Below are positions 59,304 to 64,000 of a stretch of 64,000 bases of DNA, piece by piece (position 1 is the stretch's first letter; every line of letters starts with the position of its first letter). Both the position numbers and the translations under genes were made by a program. The DNA lies in the NCBI GenBank assembly GCA_002269645.1, contig NIVC01000606.1, positions 248,001 through 312,000 of the forward strand. Reading direction: 5' to 3'. Under the pieces are notes generated by a model. It was given only the letters and a program-made list of their open reading frames with translations. It made no database searches and was not told the origin of the DNA. Source of the stretch: Macrostomum lignano. Lineage: Eukaryota.

Positions 59304-61584
59304 CTATATAGCAATGAATTTCAGTCAAGAATTTTCGGAGAGCGAAAAATTTATTTTATGCAGCTAATTATATTTTGAATGTAGAAGTTAGAAGCTAAAT
59401 TGTATAATTGGAAATTGATCTGCATGCTACAGAATTAATGCAACCAAACTGTCCTGGCCTAATCGTATCAAATAATAACTGGCGTAAAGAAAATAATTAA
59501 TTAAATGGGTAAAATGCTGAATCATTCTTACACATCTAGTATTGCCTGTGATGATGAAGCGATCCGTCGGCTTGCCGGTCCCGTGGCTTACGCCTAACTA
59601 AGGACCACTATAATCAAGGACTAGTTTATAAAGAAGTATTTGTCATGCTTAGCCCTTGGCTAAGCGATTCGATCCATACTAGCTTGTACATGTATATCGT
59701 TTAAGATGTCGGATTTTCGGTGCTACATGTATATCTGAAACTCAAGGACAACTTGTTGTCCTTGCTGAAACTACTACTCAAGTGTTTTAATTCAGAGTAG
59801 TCTGCATACATCATTAGGTCTGAAATTCAATGCATTATAGGTATGCACATTATGATGCACTGCAATAGTGTGGTCGGAGATTTGTGTCACCTGCACGGCC
59901 TGTTGATCATAATTGTGACAGCTGTTGGCTGATGGTAAGTACGATTGACGGTGAGTACATTGACGGGTACGGTGAGGGCAAGCATGTGTCATTTAATAGC
60001 ACGAAGTGCGCATGTAGAATTTGTGTCAGGATGACAATTATTCAAGGACCATTGAATGTACTGTACATGTACGCTCGTATACATGTATGTAGTCAAGTGG
60101 TCCTATGGCAATTATCTTAAGACATATTCTGCAGGTAGTGCGTAAGAAATCAACTAAAGAAATGGTCATTGGTTGAAACTGTGTTGTGTATATCTGCCGC
60201 CGTTTTTCTCTAGAAATCTATGAGTACATGTACATGCAGCTACTTGCATGACATGTTACTCTGGTTGGGATAGGAGCTGAACACAATAAATGCAAAAGCC
60301 TCCATTTTTTAAAACCAATGCCCATTTCCGTACCCTGTGACACAGAGGCATCATTGCATCAATCATACATGTTAACATGTACACATTATACACTTTGTTC
60401 TGTACCATTACACTTTCTAAATAATTTATTTTTCATGCATATTTAAAATATGAGCTTATTTTGCATAAAAAGTCACGAAAATATGTTTATTTTTAAGGTT
60501 GATTTTTTTCATTTTACTAATGCTGCTATACCCTTTTAGTTATATTTGATTTAGTATTTGAACTCGTGTTAAAGACGATAATTCTATGGGTCTCCCTAAA
60601 ACACGCCCCGCACCGCCCTGCAGCGCTACACATTAAAACAAATTGGACTATAACTGAAGACACTTGAAAATGCGTTTTCTGTTAAGCTTTAAAGTTTTTA
60701 TTAAATTAAGTTTTTTTACTATGAAATATAAAATTCGGTGAATAATTAGTGATAATATTAATAATATTATTAAAAAATACACCCGTATATACACGTTAGG
60801 CGGTATAGAACACGGCAAAAACCGCCTATAAGGCAGTCCGTATCATGCTATATGATACAGTAGCATGCTATAGACCGCCTTTTTTATGCGCACAAGGGCC
60901 AAATATGGCACAAATTTGAACAGACGTTTCTGCTTATTTTTTAGTTCACTAATGCAAAGTAGGCCTAGCGATTTTACTAACCTACTACGCTACTATTCTC
61001 TAGTACAGTATTTTAGTGTCACTAGAATGCTAGATAAATATTAGGTCAGGATGACTTAGTTACAACTTACAAGTGTAAGTGTTAACATTTAACATTATTT
61101 TATGTAGGCCTACTAAGTACTAGCTGTTTATTATTTCCACAATATTAATAGGCCCAGCGAATTAATATTAGAACAGGAGGAGAACAATACGACTCGACTT
61201 AAAGTTCAATAAGTGAACTTGGATGGCGCTCAGTTTCAGTTTGTAGCTAGGCCTATGCACAATTTTGTAACTGAATGCAATAACTGTGTGACTAAGCTAG
61301 GCCTAGGGCTATATATTCAATATTCTTTTTTCTGAACCCTGAATCCTGAGTTTAGGAGAGAAACTATTTAGTAAAGCTAGCTCTATATTGATAGATATAT
61401 TGAACAACCATAATTTAGGGTTCTAATATACTATACTAATAGCCTATTATATATATTCCATAAATGGATGTATTTTTTATTTTTTATTTTATTGATAAAT
61501 TGGGTTCTATTCTACTATTTTATGTTATAGGTTGAGCCTGAAATTAGTATTTAGTATTTAGAGGTTCTATATTTTTTTTAACCT

Positions 61585-63660
61585 TCCCTTTCCCCATAAC
61601 CTGCTAGCCTTCCCTACATGGTTACACCCTACTGCCCTTGCTTTACCATACCTTACCCTGATGGCCTTCCTACAACACTTGCTACCTTTTCTTATCAATA
61701 CAAGCCTTTCCCATACCTTACTGCCCTTCATTGTCTTTTATGGGCCTTTTCCATACCCTGCTGTCTTTCACAAACCTTGCTGCTCTTCAATGTATCCTGC
61801 TTGGCCTTCATTGTATATTGTTGGCCTTCCCACATGGCCATACCTTGCTGGCTTTTCCCATATCCTGCTAGCCTTCCCCACACCCTACTGTCTTTCCCCA
61901 TACCCTGCTGTCTTTCCCCTACCCTGCTGTCCTTCCCCACACCCTTGCCAGCCTTCCTTACTCCTTGCTAGATTTCCCCACACCCTGCCAGCTTCCCCAC
62001 ACCCTGCCAGCTTCCCCACATCCTGCTCGCCTTCCCTACTCCATGCTACCCTTCCCCACACCCTGCTGTCCTTCCCCACATCCTGCTGGCCTTCCCTACT
62101 CCCTGCTACCCTTCCCCACACCCTGCTGTCCTTCCCCATCAATGCAGGCCTTCCTCACTTCCTGCTGGCATTCCCCACACCCTGCCGGCCTTCCCCACAT
62201 CCTGCTGGCCTTCCCTACTCCTTGCTACCCTTCCCCACACCCTGCCGGCCTTCCCCACATCCTGCTGGCCTTCCCTACTCCCTGCTACCCTTCCCCACAC
62301 CCTGCTGTCCTTCCCCACACCCTGCTTGTCTTCACTACCAATGCAGGCTTTCCCTACTCCTTGCTGTCCTTCCCATACCCTGCTGTCTTTCCCCATACCC
62401 TGCTGTCTTTCCCCTACCCTGCTGTCCTTCCCCACACCCTGCCAGCCTTCCTTACTCCTTGCTGGCTTTCCCCACACCCTGCTGGCTTCCTCACATCCTG
62501 CTAGACTTCCCCACACCCTGCCAGCTTCCCCACATCCTGCTGGCCTTCCCTACTCCTTGCTACCCTTCCCCACACCCTGCCGGCCTTCCCCACACCCTGC
62601 TGGCTTTCCTTACTCCCTGCTACCCTTCCCCACACCCTGCCGGCCTTCCCCACACCCTGCTGGCTTTCCTTACTCCCTGCTACCCTTCCCCACACCCTGC
62701 TGTCCTTCCCCACACCCTGCTTGTCTTACACTACCAATGCAGGCTTTCCCTACACCCTGCTGTCCTTCCCCATCAATGCAGGCCTTCCTCACTCCCTGCT
62801 GGCATTCCCCACACCCTGCCGGCCTTCCCCACATCCTGCTGGCCTTCCCTACTCCTTGCTACCCTTCCCCACACCCTGCCGGCCTTCCCCACACCCTGCC
62901 GGCTTCCCCACTTCCTGCTGGCCTTCCCTACTCCCTGCTACCCTTCCCCACACCCTGCTGTCCTTCCTCACACCCTGCTGTCCTTCCCCACACCCTGCTA
63001 ATCTTCACTACCAATGCAGGCTTTCCCTACACCTTGCTGTCCTTCCCCATCAATGCAGGCCTTTCCCACTCCCTTCTGGCATTCCCTACACCCTGCCGGC
63101 CTTCCCCACATCCTGCTACCCTTCCCCACACCCTGCCGGCCTTCCCCACCCCCTGCCGGCTTCCCCACTTCCTGCTGGCCTTCCCTACTCCCTGCTACCC
63201 TTCCCCACACCCTGCTGTCCTTCCCCACACCCTGCCAGCCTTCCCTACTGCTGGCCTTCCCTATTTCCTGCTACCCTTCCCCACACCCTGCCGGCCTTCC
63301 CCACACCCTGCTGGCCTTCCCCACACCCTGCCTGCTTCCCCTCATCCTGCTAGCCTTCCCTACTCCCTGCTACCCTTCCCCACACCCTGCCAGCCTTCTC
63401 TACTGCTGGCCTTCCCTATTTCCTGCTACCCTTCCCCACACCCTGCTGTCCTTCCCCACACCCTGCCTGCCTTCCCTACTGCTGGCCTTCCCTATTTCCT
63501 GCTACCCTTCCCCACACCCTGCCGGCCTTCCCCATACCCTGCTGTCATTTCCCATACCCTGCCACTCTACCTCTCACAGGCTACCCCTCCCAGACAGCCC
63601 TCCCAGACAGCCCTCCTAGACAGCCCCTCCAGGCTAACCCGACTCTACCCCTCCCAGGCA
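61585..63660. repeat. Degenerate about 20-bp pyrimidine-rich minisatellite
   Basis: CTTCCCCACACCCTGCTGTC variants, ending in CCCCTCCCAGACAG units. Confidence 0.92.
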
Positions 63661-63698
63661 GCCCTTCCGGGCTTCATCTCCCACTCAACCTCTTCCAG

Positions 63699-63870
63699 AA
63701 GCGGAGGACGATCGCAGGACTGTTTGCTGCCTGCCGCTTCAGCTGCAGTGACCGCCGGCTCAAGCGGAGGACGATCGCAGGACTGTCTGCTGCCTGCCGC
63801 TTCGGCTGCAGTGACCGCCGGCTCAAGCGGAGGACGATCGCTGCTCCGCGTGCTATCATCTACTAGTGTT
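63699..63870 (+). other. Candidate internal exon made of 2.3 copies of a 63-bp unit
   Basis: Pyrimidine tract plus CAG at 63696-63698 and a GTGAGT donor at 63871. One open frame (SGGRSQDCLLPAASAAVTAGS x2...). The opposite strand also has an open frame with plausible splice sites, so strand is uncertain. Confidence 0.3.
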
Positions 63871-64000
63871 GTGAGTGCTAAGGGCGATCGAAGGACTAAT
63901 GAAGAAGCATATTATCCGATTTCTTTTAGAGGAGATCTATGCCAGTTATTTATCTTCTCGTTTAATTAGCAGTGAGGAAAAAAGGACGACTATTATATGC

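Noticed and set aside
61661-63969. 446 and 547-aa Pro-rich ORFs
   Set aside because: Pyrimidine-rich minisatellite lacking stop codons; only the 63699-63870 segment has exon-like features.

Overview
Intron-rich animal genomic DNA, not prokaryotic. Gene content and style suggest a free-living flatworm such as Macrostomum, but this is inference. I reconstructed seven protein-coding loci by splice-site and reading-frame analysis: (1) the 3' end of a Tudor-domain gene; (2) an RRM + 3x extended-Tudor gene; (3) iPLA2-beta/PLA2G6; (4) a minus-strand RWamide/RFamide neuropeptide precursor that the ORF track splits in two; (5) cytosolic carboxypeptidase 6/AGBL4, with an apparent 1-nt frameshift; (6) CCDC89; (7) a small Shisa-like single-pass membrane protein. 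About 40% of the window (roughly 27 kb by my coordinate sums) is tandem arrays, and most long ORFs in the track are artefacts of them. The main structural result is that 19 of 26 reconstructed introns carry a tandem array, mostly with a different unit per intron. In at least three places the sequence suggests where an array came from: a short segment of a dispersed inverted-repeat (MITE-like) element or hairpin was tandemly amplified, and in one case an unamplified single-copy relative lies 3 kb away. Relics of a mariner, a tRNA-derived CORE-type SINE, a hAT end and Helitron-like elements are also present. All alignments were done by eye; no database searches were run.
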